A DNA stretch of 63,856 nucleotides, counting the filler, from an uncultured Myxococcia bacterium (GTDB taxonomy: Bacteria > CAZTWC01): the NCBI GenBank assembly GCA_964617105.1. It is 3 parts of 3 records of this genome, joined end to end, with 100 filler letters (N's around TTAATTAATTAA, not from the genome) between each part and the next. Parts side by side here need not be neighbours in the genome. Positions count along the whole stretch, not along the records: positions 24,324 to 48,036 come from CAZTWC010000023.1; positions 48,137 to 63,856 come from CAZTWC010000064.1; 1 more part is not named here. The stretch is one strand, 5' to 3'. Below the pieces are notes generated by a model. The model had not been told where the DNA came from, searched no databases, and saw nothing but the letters and a program-made list of their open reading frames with translations. Shown piece by piece: positions 45,279 through 57,645 of the stretch. Both the position numbers and the translations under genes were made by a program. Within the stretch, counting starts at the first letter, position 1. Every line of letters begins with the position of its first letter.

Positions 45279-46945
45279 ATGAAAAAAATAATTTTATTAT
45301 TGGGAGCAGTAGTTTTAATGCTCCTCTATCTATATTGGCCCGAAAGTAGCCACCTTGAGTTTCAATCCTGGGATATAGATGTTCAACCTGAATCAGAGGG
45401 CAATGTACAATTTACTGCCTGGCAAGTTCCTGAAAATTTGATAAAGGTGAGTTTGTGGAAAGATGGCGAGAATTTTGCTGAAAATAGCCAGAACCAGGGG
45501 GAACAAGATACTAAAGTCGGCCAGAATGAAAGCGGGACAATTTCTCCGCCAAAGACTCAGGGAAAAAAGAAACGCCAAAGAGGCAAAGGTAAATTGCCTA
45601 AGGTCGCTCCCTCTTTAAGCAAGGGAATTCACCTGTTGGTCAAATTACTCAATCAGAGATTGGAACATATTAGCAAAATGGCGCCCGTGTTGCTAACTCA
45701 GGGAAAAATGAACAAAGAGGTGTTGAAATTATTTCAAAATGGAAATTATCTGAAGGCCATGGAAAAAATGGATTTGCTGGCCTCCAAATATGCTAATGAT
45801 CAGGAGGTGGTTTTTGCTTTTCAAACAGCCTGCTACTTGACCGTATTGAAATCTATAGAGAAGGGACATGATTTGCAGGGTTTGAAATGGCTGGAAAAGA
45901 GCATTACTTATCGATACCGGGATTATAATTTTTGGCTGTTTGAGGCAATTATATTTTATCGAATGAGGCTTTACCAGGGAGCGGCTCTATCGTTTTCTAA
46001 TATGATAAATCTAACTCTGCCTATGGATGTCCTCAATGTTGCCGAATTTTACCTGGCCAGGATCAATCACGGATTAGGCAGATCTGAGCGTGGGTTGGAA
46101 TATATCGAGAAATTTCTGCAGAGAAATCGAAATGACCGCCAGGCGGAAAAATTGAAAGAAGAGATCATTAAGGAGATAAAAAGAGATCAAAACCTGATTC
46201 TTCAACAAAACTCGGTGGTTTCAATTAAATACCCGGCTGATTTGGCCAAAAAAGATTGGACAATAGCCTGTATCCAGGAAGGATTAACCAAAGGAAGCAG
46301 TTATCTATTCAGCACTTTTGGACTACAGGTTGAACAATCTCCCCTGGTGGTGATTTACCAGAATAAAAAATATTTTCATAGCGCCACCGGAGCGCCCACC
46401 TGGAGTTCAGCCTTTTTTGACCGCAAGATAAGATTGCCGGTGGACAGCAAACATTTGGGCAAAAATTCCTATTGCCGTTATTTGCAAAAAATGGTGAGCC
46501 ATGAATATGTGCATTACCTGTTATTTATGGTGGCAGGTGGTAATTTGCCTATCTGGTTTCACGAGGGTTTGGCTCAACTAGTGAGTGGCGAATCGGATCA
46601 GTCCCGGTTGAAAACCTATAAAATGTTTGCCAAATCGGGCTCGTTTATCCCTTTTACATCCCTGGAAGGNNNNNNNNNNCTTCCTCAATAGAAACTGTTG
46701 GATGCCAACCAAGTTCATTTTTGATTTTTGAAAAGGAAGATGCCAAAATAGCCTATCACCAAAGCCTCTCTATATTGGAGTATATCAGGGACAGGTACGG
46801 AGCGGCTTATATCAAAGAGATTATCCAGGCCTATATTCAAAAGAGAACGTTGGAAAAAGTGGTTCAAAAGGTTTTTAATATCGATTTAACTACCTGGCAG
46901 AAAGAATGGCTGTTTTATCTACAGAAAACTTATGGCGGTAAATAA
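45279..46945 (+). CDS. TPR + peptidase MA-family zinc metalloprotease (split by a 10-N gap at 46670-46679)
   Basis: N-terminal anchor, TPR helices, HEYVH...WFHEGLAQ; the downstream piece AKIAYHQSLSILEYIRDRYG..W..YL is the expected C-terminus. Confidence 0.8.
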
Positions 46946-46970
46946 CTAGTGCCCAAAGAGGGTTAATCCT

Positions 46971-47972
46971 ATGCGAAAAAAAGATATTTACCGGATAGTC
47001 CATTTAACCGATGCTCACGTTTCCGGACTTACTCCGGCTATAATTCCCAAATGTTTTAACAAGCGGATTATTGGGGTGGCCAACATTATTTTAAGGCGGC
47101 AGCACCAATACAGCCAGGAAATATTCAAAACCGCCTGCTGGGATATTTGCCAGCAGGAAGCGGATCATTTGGTGTTTAGTGGAGATCTTACCAGTATAGG
47201 CACCAGAGAGGAGATGGAAAAGGCCAGGAAAATATTTCAGCCCTTAAAGCAGAAATTTGGTCCCCACATCTCTATGGTGCAGGGAAACCACGATCTGTAT
47301 GTAAAAGAGTGTGTCAAACAAAATTGGCTGGAAAGATATTTTAACCTTGACAATTCGTCACAGGTTAAAGTCCTGAATTCTCACCTGGCCCTGGTGACTA
47401 TTAATTCCGCTCTACCTACCTCCTGGTTGAAATCCACCGGCCAGGTTTCAGACCAACAAAGGGGTCTAGTTAAAAACTTATTAATTGCTAACCGGGAGTT
47501 GACCGGGAAAAAATTGATAGTTGTATCCCATTTTCATCTTGAGGATCCGCCTGATGGCCAGGCTCATCTCTTTCCCCACCATCTGGAAAATAGGCAGCAA
47601 ATGATAAAATTTCTATTTGATGCCAAAGTTGATTATTATCTACACGGTCATCTGCACCATGGATATACCTATAGATTATCTCCCGGAGATTATCCGTTAG
47701 ATTTGACGCCATTGGAGGCAAAATCAGATGAAGCTATTAAAAAAGAGGCTGAACAATTAAAAGAGATAATCACCTTGAATCCCGGCTCTATTGCCAGAAA
47801 ACATTTAGATTTGACTAAGACCGCTGCCTATAACATCTATAATTTTAAGGCGGGTAAATTGCAATCCATCAAACGCCGGGTGTTTTTAAAAGAGCAAAAT
47901 GGATTCTTTGATCTATCTCCCCGCAAAATGGAGAACTATATCGAGCCCATCAGGGACCATCTGTCGGGGTAA
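46971..47972 (+). CDS. Calcineurin-like metallophosphoesterase
   Basis: HLTDAH, SGDLT, GNHD, SHF, HGHLH, NPGS. Confidence 0.9.
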   Translation: MRKKDIYRIVHLTDAHVSGLTPAIIPKCFNKRIIGVANIILRRQHQYSQEIFKTACWDICQQEADHLVFSGDLTSIGTREEMEKARKIFQPLKQKFGPHISMVQGNHDLYVKECVKQNWLERYFNLDNSSQVKVLNSHLALVTINSALPTSWLKSTGQVSDQQRGLVKNLLIANRELTGKKLIVVSHFHLEDPPDGQAHLFPHHLENRQQMIKFLFDAKVDYYLHGHLHHGYTYRLSPGDYPLDLTPLEAKSDEAIKKEAEQLKEIITLNPGSIARKHLDLTKTAAYNIYNFKAGKLQSIKRRVFLKEQNGFFDLSPRKMENYIEPIRDHLSG

Positions 47973-48036
47973 ACAACTGCTTGAGCCAATCGACATGTCC
48001 AGGATCCCAAGAGTAATCAATAGTTGCTTCACCCCA
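47950..48036 (-). CDS. Possible C-terminal fragment of a gene cut by the contig edge
   Basis: Open frame from the linker: WGEATIDYSWDPGHVDWLKQLFTPTDGP*. Confidence 0.3.
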   Translation of the reverse strand, partial: WGEATIDYSWDPGHVDWLKQLFTPTDGP

Positions 48037-48136
48037 NNNNNNNNNNNNNNNNNNNNNNNNNNNNNNNNNNNNNNNNNNNNTTAATTAATTAANNNNNNNN
48101 NNNNNNNNNNNNNNNNNNNNNNNNNNNNNNNNNNNN
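48037..48136. other. Artificial contig linker (N44-TTAATTAATTAA-N44)
   Basis: Same 100-bp structure as 24224-24323. Confidence 0.97.
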
Positions 48137-48337
48137 CAGTTTCTCCAGGGCAATGTCAAAGAGATTAGGGTTCATATAAGAGAGGTCCCCATTACTAATG
48201 ATATCTGTGGCGATTATATCAATGACGCGGAGTTCAAACAGGTTTTTCATAAGTGGCTCAACCAATTGTGGCTGGAAAAGAATCAACTGTTGGACAAAAT
48301 GCTGACCCCGAAAAGCAAAGATGATGAACTCCATTGA
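48137..48337 (+). CDS. C-terminal fragment of a YihG-like lysophospholipid acyltransferase (not in the ORF track)
   Basis: QFLQGNVKEIRVHIREVP...GDYINDAEFKQVFHKWLNQLWLEKNQLL...*, TGA at 48335-48337. Confidence 0.75.
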   Translation, partial: QFLQGNVKEIRVHIREVPITNDICGDYINDAEFKQVFHKWLNQLWLEKNQLLDKMLTPKSKDDELH

Positions 48338-48355
48338 ATTTATTTTGAGGTTAAA

Positions 48356-49909
48356 ATGGCAAAACAGATTAGAAAATTTCCAGAGGATCAATACCAGATC
48401 CTCATTTATCTCTTTAAAAACCGAGAGAAAATAACCATCTCCTCTCTGTCGGAAAAGTTAAAAATAGATCAAATTTTTGTAGCCTCTTCTTGTCTGGCGT
48501 TGGCGGAGTTGGGATTGTTGGGGATGGCGGAGTGCAAAGAGGAGGAATTGAGGCTGGGAACCAGGGCTAAAGAACTTTTTGTCGAGCAAAAACCGCAGAT
48601 GCCGGAAAAGCGGATGCTTAAAACTCTGTTTCAAAGAGGAAGTTTGAGTATCCCCCAGCTGGCAAAGGCAATGGGGATAGACAAAAAAGAGGTGGGGCAG
48701 AATCTAAAGTTTTTAAAAGGCCGTGGTTGGGCAGAAAATAAACGGGGAGTATTGAGCGCTTTAGAGAACCTGGAAGTGTTGGATAAAGTTTTACCTGAGG
48801 AGACGCTTTTAGCCCTAATCGCTGAGAAAGGTACCATTTTTACCAACCAGATTAAAGGCGATAAAGGTGCTGAAGAGTTGATACAGGCGCTGAACTCCTT
48901 GAAAAAACGGAAAAATGTGATTAAAACCTCTATCAGGACCATCCGAGAAGTGTGGCTGCTGCCAGAGGGGCAGGTGGTGGTGTCCGGCGGTATTCAGTTG
49001 CGCCGGGAAATAACCCAGTTGACTAGCGATATGTTGTTGAGCGAAGAGTGGAAAGATGCGGTTTTCAAGCCCTACGATGTTACTCTGGAGGCAGCCCCGG
49101 TTTTTCCAGGTAAACAGCATCCCTTCAGCCGGGTGATGAGAGATACCAGGCGGATCTTTTTTGAGATGGGCTTTAGCGAAATAGCCTCTCCCCATGCAGA
49201 GGTGGCCTTTTGGGATTTCGACGCCCTGTTCCAACCCCAGGACCATCCAGCCCGGGAGATGCAGGATACTTTTTACCTCTCCCGGCCTGCCCGTGGCAAA
49301 CTGCCTGCAGATCAGATTGTAGAAAAGGTAGCCCAAACCCACCAGGACGGCGGTGACACCGGTTCCCGGGGCTGGGGCTACAAGTGGAGCCAGGAGGTGG
49401 CCTCCAAGATGGTGCTGAGAACTCACACTACGGCCGCCACCATCAGGGATTTGGCTGAAAAACCCAGCGGCCCTCGCAAGGTATTTTGCATTGGTAAGGT
49501 TTTTCGCCGGGAAACTATTGACTACAAGCACTTGCCGGTTTTTCATCAGGTGGACGGCATCATTGTGGACCCCAGGGCTACTTTTACCAACCTGTTGGGA
49601 ACTTTGGCCGCCTTTTACCAAAAAATGGGATTTGACGAGGTGGAGTTTCGGCCAGCCTTTTTCCCCTACACCGAACCTTCGGTGGAGATATTCGTATTCT
49701 TGAAAGACCGCCAGGATTGGGTGGAGATGGGGGGCGCCGGTATCTTCCGGCCGGAGGTGACATTGCCTTTGGGATGCAGTGAGCCAGTGTTGGCCTGGGG
49801 ATTGGGTCTGGAGAGGCTGGCAATGTTTAAATATAACCTTACCGATATCCGCCAGATCTATCAATCCGATTTGAAATGGCTTAAGGAGGTGCCCTTATGC
49901 CAGTTATAG
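48356..49909 (+). CDS. pheS: Phenylalanine-tRNA ligase alpha subunit, archaeal/eukaryotic type
   Basis: 517 aa with an approximately 220-aa winged-helix-like N-terminus; FDALFQPQDHPAREMQDTF, GSRGWGYKW, LRTHTT, FPYTEPS, GAGIFRPEV, AWGLGLERLAM. Confidence 0.95.
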   Translation: MAKQIRKFPEDQYQILIYLFKNREKITISSLSEKLKIDQIFVASSCLALAELGLLGMAECKEEELRLGTRAKELFVEQKPQMPEKRMLKTLFQRGSLSIPQLAKAMGIDKKEVGQNLKFLKGRGWAENKRGVLSALENLEVLDKVLPEETLLALIAEKGTIFTNQIKGDKGAEELIQALNSLKKRKNVIKTSIRTIREVWLLPEGQVVVSGGIQLRREITQLTSDMLLSEEWKDAVFKPYDVTLEAAPVFPGKQHPFSRVMRDTRRIFFEMGFSEIASPHAEVAFWDFDALFQPQDHPAREMQDTFYLSRPARGKLPADQIVEKVAQTHQDGGDTGSRGWGYKWSQEVASKMVLRTHTTAATIRDLAEKPSGPRKVFCIGKVFRRETIDYKHLPVFHQVDGIIVDPRATFTNLLGTLAAFYQKMGFDEVEFRPAFFPYTEPSVEIFVFLKDRQDWVEMGGAGIFRPEVTLPLGCSEPVLAWGLGLERLAMFKYNLTDIRQIYQSDLKWLKEVPLCQL

Positions 49910-51750
49910 GTGTTCCAGTAAAAGAGTTAAACCTATTGGTAGGTAAAAATATTGAGCCTGACCAGATGGTCTCTATTTTGAAGCAACTTGGTTGCGATGT
50001 GGAGGGGTTTGCCCGGTTACATCGGTTTAGCTGCCAAAGGTGCCAGAACATAATTGAAACCACGGAAACCGAAGAAAATCCCTGCATCTGTGATCTCTGC
50101 GGCGCTGATTTCAAGAATGGGGCCGAATTAATATCCCTGGATCCGGTAGAAGTGATCCGCATGGAACTTCTGGCCGTGCGGCCCGATATGTTTGATGTGG
50201 GCGGCCTGGCCCGGGCGCTGCGGGGTTATTTAGGATTTGAAACCGGACTGCCCAATTACCAGGTTTCCCCGCCCAAATTGAAACTGCAGGTGGATCCGGC
50301 AATGTCCTCCCCAGATTGTTTTCGGCCTTACATCGCCTGTGCTGTGGTGAGAGGGGTAAAATTAAACGATTTTTTTATCCGAGCTTTGATGAAACTGCAG
50401 GAAAATCTCCACTGGGCCATGGGAAGAAACCGCAAACTGGCTTCCATAGGGGTTTATGATCTGGATATTTTGCAGGGGGATATATATTATCGCCCGGTGG
50501 CGCCTGATGGAGTGGCGTTCGTTCCTTTGGGAGCGGCGGGAACCGAGGAGGGAGGCGGGCTGGCGGTTACCCCAAAACAAATTTTGCTGGAGCATCCCAA
50601 AGGTAAAGCCTTTAGTTATTTGTTGGAAAAACACAACTATTATCCCCTGCTTCTGGACAGCCGGGGGACGGTGCTTTCCATGCCGCCTATTATCAACAGT
50701 CACCAAACCAGGGTAACTGCTGAAACCACCAATTTTTTTGTTGATGTAACCGGCACGGTTGAAAAGGTGGTGAACAAAACCTTGAATACCTTCATCTGTT
50801 CTTTGAAAGAGATGGAACCGGGAATGGAGATAGAACAGGTTGAAATTATTTCTGGATTATCGGGTCAGGAAAAACAAATCAATACCCCCGATTTTAAACC
50901 CGATACCATATCTTTATCTTCCACTGATACCAACCAGTTGCTAGGTCTTGATCTGGATGTGGATACCATGGTGAGCCTGTTGGAAAAGATGCGCCATCAG
51001 GCCATTGTAGATGGTGAGCACATTCAAGTTCAAATACCCTCTTTTCGCAGTGATATTTTACATCCACAGGACTTGATTGAGGATGTGGCCATAGCTTACG
51101 GATATCATAACCTGGTCCCCGAACTGCTCGACACTATGACTGTTGGCCAGGCCAGTAATGACCAGGAAGTCGCCTTTTTGGCCCGGGATATTTTATGCGG
51201 TTTGGGATTTTTTGAGATTATTTCTCTGATGCTTACCTGTCCGGAGAAGAGTTTTGACGCCCTGGGCCTCCCCAGAACAGAAAACTATGTAAAGATCGAA
51301 AATCCCATCAGTTGGGAACAGAGCATGGTCCGGAACAGCCTGGTCCCCGGGTTATTGGATCTGTTCGCTCACAACCGGGAAAACGATTTGCCCCAACACC
51401 TGTTTGAGGTGGGGGAAGTAGCGGAGTTGATGGAGGTTGAAGGGCAGCAAATAAGCCATGAATATTTCAAGGTGGCGGCAGGCATACTGTCCAGCCGGGC
51501 TTCATACGCGGAGATCCGGTCCCGGGTGGAGGCTTTCCTGCGGGAATTCGGATTAACCATAGAGGTAGAGCCTTTGAATCATCCCCTGTTTATTCCCGGC
51601 CGGGGCGCAGCCATAAAACTGGTGGAAACAGTGGATGGAAAGAGAGAGTTACATACCTGGGGTTTTATGGGCGAGGTTCATCCCCAGGTATTGGAGATTT
51701 TTAACCTGACCCATCCTCTGTCCCTGTTCGAGGTCAACCTGCCAAATTGA
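49897..51750 (+). CDS. pheT: Phenylalanine-tRNA ligase beta subunit, archaeal/eukaryotic type
   Basis: 617 aa; RPYIACAVVR, QENLHWAMGRNRK..SIGVYDLD, LSMPPIINS, RSDILHPQDLIEDVAIAYGY; no OB-fold or FDX-ACB domain. Confidence 0.93.
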   Translation: MPVIGVPVKELNLLVGKNIEPDQMVSILKQLGCDVEGFARLHRFSCQRCQNIIETTETEENPCICDLCGADFKNGAELISLDPVEVIRMELLAVRPDMFDVGGLARALRGYLGFETGLPNYQVSPPKLKLQVDPAMSSPDCFRPYIACAVVRGVKLNDFFIRALMKLQENLHWAMGRNRKLASIGVYDLDILQGDIYYRPVAPDGVAFVPLGAAGTEEGGGLAVTPKQILLEHPKGKAFSYLLEKHNYYPLLLDSRGTVLSMPPIINSHQTRVTAETTNFFVDVTGTVEKVVNKTLNTFICSLKEMEPGMEIEQVEIISGLSGQEKQINTPDFKPDTISLSSTDTNQLLGLDLDVDTMVSLLEKMRHQAIVDGEHIQVQIPSFRSDILHPQDLIEDVAIAYGYHNLVPELLDTMTVGQASNDQEVAFLARDILCGLGFFEIISLMLTCPEKSFDALGLPRTENYVKIENPISWEQSMVRNSLVPGLLDLFAHNRENDLPQHLFEVGEVAELMEVEGQQISHEYFKVAAGILSSRASYAEIRSRVEAFLREFGLTIEVEPLNHPLFIPGRGAAIKLVETVDGKRELHTWGFMGEVHPQVLEIFNLTHPLSLFEVNLPN

Positions 51751-51761
51751 CAAATATCTGA

Positions 51762-53966
51762 TTACCAGTAATAAGAGTCGGGAACGCTGGAAAATATGGG
51801 GGTGGACAGAAATCCATCCGGAGGCCACTTTTCTATCTCCGAAACATTTCGGTTCAGGCTGACTATAAACCGGATCTCTTTATGTTCCTCTACCTGGAGC
51901 AGGTAAAGGGGTATGCTCAATTCCAAAATGTTTTCCATAGCCAGAGAATCGAGTTGTTTTTCCAGGTGCCATTCTCCTTGCTGCTGGTTATATAGGTCGA
52001 TTTTATTACTCTTTAGATTACATACCGCTTTTATCTCTTGAGGATAGATCTGGTACAGGATAAAAGTGTAATCCATCTCCTGCAGGGTATATTTATCTGA
52101 AAGGGAAAAATCGAAACGAAGGCTGAAGTTGTAAGTATCAGTACCAAAATATAGGCGCTGAATTAATCCCTTGGTGGTGGCACGGTGCATGGTGCTGCCG
52201 GCGGTAGAGGGGTCAAAAATACCCGCCTGGCTCCATTCAAAAAAGTTGGTGTCAAAGCCATCCAGCACCGGTGAAACTTGTCCTTTTGGAGACAGGACGG
52301 TGGCAGCGCTTTCTGGACGGAAAATAGGTACGGTCAAAAAGGCGGGCACTTCTTTCTGCAAAAAACTATACACATTAGCCAGATGATTTCGGAAACAGGA
52401 GTCAAAAGTGTCTTTGTTGGGGATGGTGAACTGATCTCCATACCACCAGAACCAGTCACTTCCTTCGGCAGCATAGAAAGTTTCCCAGGCTTTTTCCAAC
52501 TTTCCGGAGAGCGGTTTTTCATCCGGCCGAAGTTTCTGATTTTGGGAATAAGGAATACTGCATCCAGCCATCTTGGTTGCTATAACCAGGTCTTTTCTGG
52601 TTCTAAGCAAGTAATTCCAGGCCATATTTTCCTCTTCGCCGCCGATCCAAATACCATAGTCGGAATTGATCCAGGAGCCACTGTGCAGAGAAGGAAGAGG
52701 AGTGGTCTTATGGTTCTCCAAATAGTTCCCCACCGTGGTCATTGCTAAACTCTTTTCTTGCTCCAGTCGGCTATAGAGTTCGTTTAGAAATCCTTCTCCT
52801 CCATCGACAAAGTATTCCCAGACGTTTTCTCCGTCCAGGATAATAGCCACCATAGCCTCTGGGCTGTTCTGGTGATCCCTGATAGCCAACAGATGGTTAA
52901 GAAGATCTTTGGCCGCATCCCGGGGCCGGTTACGGGAATATACAAAACCAATTTTATCGGACAGGCCGTGGTCCCTAAAGACCATTTTCATCTCTGCCTG
53001 GCCAAACTTATGTGAATAGCCTTTAAATAGAGCATCCGCTGGATTTCCATCCATAGAGTTGAACAGAATCGCTTCATCGGTAGCGATCCACTCCAAGCCT
53101 GCTTCTTGAAGCAAGGGAACCAGTTCGGGGCATACAGAACCTTCGGAAGGCCACATTCCCTTTGGTCTCCGTTCAAATACTTTTTCAAAATAGTCAACCG
53201 CTTTTTCTATCTGGGCCCGGGCATCTTCGGGGAAATTAAAACGGGGCCGGGGCAAAGTGGCGTTAGGCATGCAGCGCTCGGCGATATCGGTATTGTAGAG
53301 TAAGGGCAGGATGGGGTGGTAAAAAGGAGTGGTGGAGAGTTCTATCTGTCCCGTTTCCATCATCTCCCGGTAGAGGGGGATAGTCCTGGCCATTATTTTT
53401 AATTGGGCATCTAAAACAACCGTCTTGTCTTTTTCGTTGAAGTTGTGGTCTTTACAAAACATCTCAGCCACTTGAGGCAAATCTTTTCGGGCGTAAAACC
53501 CGAACCAGGTGAGGTTGAACCAGACCTGCAAATCCAGATACTCTTGAGTAGAAAAACGGGCAATGGCGATTTTCTTCTCCGGTTCAGAAGAAAAATTGCC
53601 CCGTTTTTCCAGCAGTTTAGAGTAACCGGAATAGGGATTAATCATAGTGTCCCAATTGCACATGAAAAAATTTTGCAATAAAAATTCTTTTTCTGTTCGC
53701 TCCAGTTGGCCGGCTGGTTTTTGGGAAATTTGAAGGAAATAATCCTCGGCCTCGCCCTTCAGATAATCATCAATTTGCTTCAGCAGAGAACAGGTCAGGT
53801 TGAAGGTCTGGCGGATGCCAGGAAAATCACCTAAAATCGAGGGCATATCGTAATAACCCTTTAAACAGTGCAACCTTACCCAGGGCAGTTGATAACGACC
53901 CGAAAGATAATTTTTATAAAAGGGCTGATGCATGTGCCATAAAAATAGAACATTCAATTTGTTCAT
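51762..53966 (-). CDS. Glycoside hydrolase family 57 (amylopullulanase-like)
   Basis: WHMHQP, HPILPLL, GMWPSEGSV, ILDGEN, AEGSDWFWWYG. Confidence 0.93.
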   Translation of the reverse strand: MNKLNVLFLWHMHQPFYKNYLSGRYQLPWVRLHCLKGYYDMPSILGDFPGIRQTFNLTCSLLKQIDDYLKGEAEDYFLQISQKPAGQLERTEKEFLLQNFFMCNWDTMINPYSGYSKLLEKRGNFSSEPEKKIAIARFSTQEYLDLQVWFNLTWFGFYARKDLPQVAEMFCKDHNFNEKDKTVVLDAQLKIMARTIPLYREMMETGQIELSTTPFYHPILPLLYNTDIAERCMPNATLPRPRFNFPEDARAQIEKAVDYFEKVFERRPKGMWPSEGSVCPELVPLLQEAGLEWIATDEAILFNSMDGNPADALFKGYSHKFGQAEMKMVFRDHGLSDKIGFVYSRNRPRDAAKDLLNHLLAIRDHQNSPEAMVAIILDGENVWEYFVDGGEGFLNELYSRLEQEKSLAMTTVGNYLENHKTTPLPSLHSGSWINSDYGIWIGGEEENMAWNYLLRTRKDLVIATKMAGCSIPYSQNQKLRPDEKPLSGKLEKAWETFYAAEGSDWFWWYGDQFTIPNKDTFDSCFRNHLANVYSFLQKEVPAFLTVPIFRPESAATVLSPKGQVSPVLDGFDTNFFEWSQAGIFDPSTAGSTMHRATTKGLIQRLYFGTDTYNFSLRFDFSLSDKYTLQEMDYTFILYQIYPQEIKAVCNLKSNKIDLYNQQQGEWHLEKQLDSLAMENILELSIPLYLLQVEEHKEIRFIVSLNRNVSEIEKWPPDGFLSTPIFSSVPDSYYW

Positions 53967-54031
53967 GGCTGAATTAACCTCTTTTCCCTGATGTTATACC
54001 GATCCTAATACCCTGTTAAGGCTCTGTTATC

Positions 54032-55060
54032 TTAAATATTAACCTCAATATTTCTCAAGTAGCGGGCCGCCTCTTCCGGGACTGTGGGGTTAATGTAAAA
54101 GCCGGTGCCCCACTCGAATCCCGCTGTCCTGAGCAGGCGGGGCATCAGTTCGATATGCCAGTGAAAATCTTCATTAATAGTGGTCCAGTATCCCCGGCGG
54201 GAAGTAAGATTGGGAGCGGTGTGAATAAGCAGGTTGTACTGGGGGTTTTTCAGGGCTTTGGATAATTTAATTAGAGTAACCTTTATAATTTCTCCCAGGG
54301 AGGTGGGGGATGCCTCCATCTCAAAGAAGTGGTGATGGTGTTGTTTGGGAATGATACAAATTTCAAAGGGGAAACGAGAGGCAAAGGGGCAGTAAGCCAG
54401 AAACTCTTCGTTTTCATATACTATCCTAACTCCGGAATCTCTCTCCTGGGAGATAACATCGCAAAATATACACCGCTCTTTCAGGTCAAAGTAGCGCCGG
54501 GCTCCATTTAACTCCTCTTTAACCCGTTTGGGGGTTACCGGGGTGGCGATTATCTGAGAATGGGAATGACTCAGAGAGGCGCCGGCACTAACCCCGTGAT
54601 TTTTAAAAACCAATATATAACGGAGTCTTTTATCGCGATGCAAATCTTCAATCCGGTTCTGCATGACCGTAATAATTTCGCCAATCTCCTGGCTGGACAT
54701 CTCTTTTAGGCTTTTGTGATGATCCGGAGTTTCCACTATAACTTCGTGGGCGCCAATCCCGTTCATCATGTCGTACATCCCTATACCCCGTTTTTCCAAG
54801 TCACCTTCAATCCTCAGGGCGGGAAATTTATTGGGAATTACTCGCACTTGCCATCCAGGTTTGTCTTTTTCAGTATTTTCTTTGCGGATGGCTACAATCT
54901 CGTTGGGAGTAAGATGTTCATTACCCTGGCAAAAAGGACATTTGGCCGGTATAAAAGAATGGCCTTCCATTTCAGTGCTGAAATCATGAGGGCGAAGGCT
55001 TCTCTCGGTGGCGATAATTATCCACCGGCCGGTAACCGGATCTTTTCTTAATTGGGGCAT
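54032..55060 (-). CDS. galT: GalT-family nucleotidyltransferase (possibly ADP-glucose phosphorylase-like)
   Basis: LRKDPVTGRW, CPFC, NKFPAL, GAHEVIVE, KNHG..AGASLSHSHSQ, AGFEWGTG. Confidence 0.85.
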   Translation of the reverse strand: MPQLRKDPVTGRWIIIATERSLRPHDFSTEMEGHSFIPAKCPFCQGNEHLTPNEIVAIRKENTEKDKPGWQVRVIPNKFPALRIEGDLEKRGIGMYDMMNGIGAHEVIVETPDHHKSLKEMSSQEIGEIITVMQNRIEDLHRDKRLRYILVFKNHGVSAGASLSHSHSQIIATPVTPKRVKEELNGARRYFDLKERCIFCDVISQERDSGVRIVYENEEFLAYCPFASRFPFEICIIPKQHHHHFFEMEASPTSLGEIIKVTLIKLSKALKNPQYNLLIHTAPNLTSRRGYWTTINEDFHWHIELMPRLLRTAGFEWGTGFYINPTVPEEAARYLRNIEVNI

Positions 55061-55335
55061 TTAAACTCCTTGGTTGATTACAAAAAAATGCTCGGATGCA
55101 CAGCCAATTTAGTAAATAAAACTGGAAAAGTCAATATATCATAATATCTTACCCGCTATCTTTTATAGTTTTTGAGAGCCGGAGCCGGAGCAGCGTCTGG
55201 TGTAGCATTGCATTTGCCCTTTTTTTGTAGAATAAAGTTTTATTTTATGATAGTTTATTTCGGCTGTCAGGGGGCAAATATTCAAAGTATAGTTACCCTA
55301 ATCGGAAAAAAAAATTAGTTTTTTATTTATAGTAA

Positions 55336-57594
<2,259 letters not shown>

Positions 57595-57645
57595 TATGAA
57601 GGGGCTTTGTGGCAATAATTCGGATAGAACACCAAAGGAGTTGAG

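Noticed and set aside
46670-46945. Separate 74-aa ORF and premature stop after the peptidase
   Set aside because: It is the C-terminus of the same peptidase MA gene, displaced by the 10-N gap.
48089-48391. 100-aa minus-strand ORF from the track
   Set aside because: It runs into the linker; the plus-strand YihG-like acyltransferase fragment explains the region better.
48815-49864. 349-aa antisense ORF inside pheS
   Set aside because: Mirror-frame shadow of a conserved gene with no recognisable motifs.
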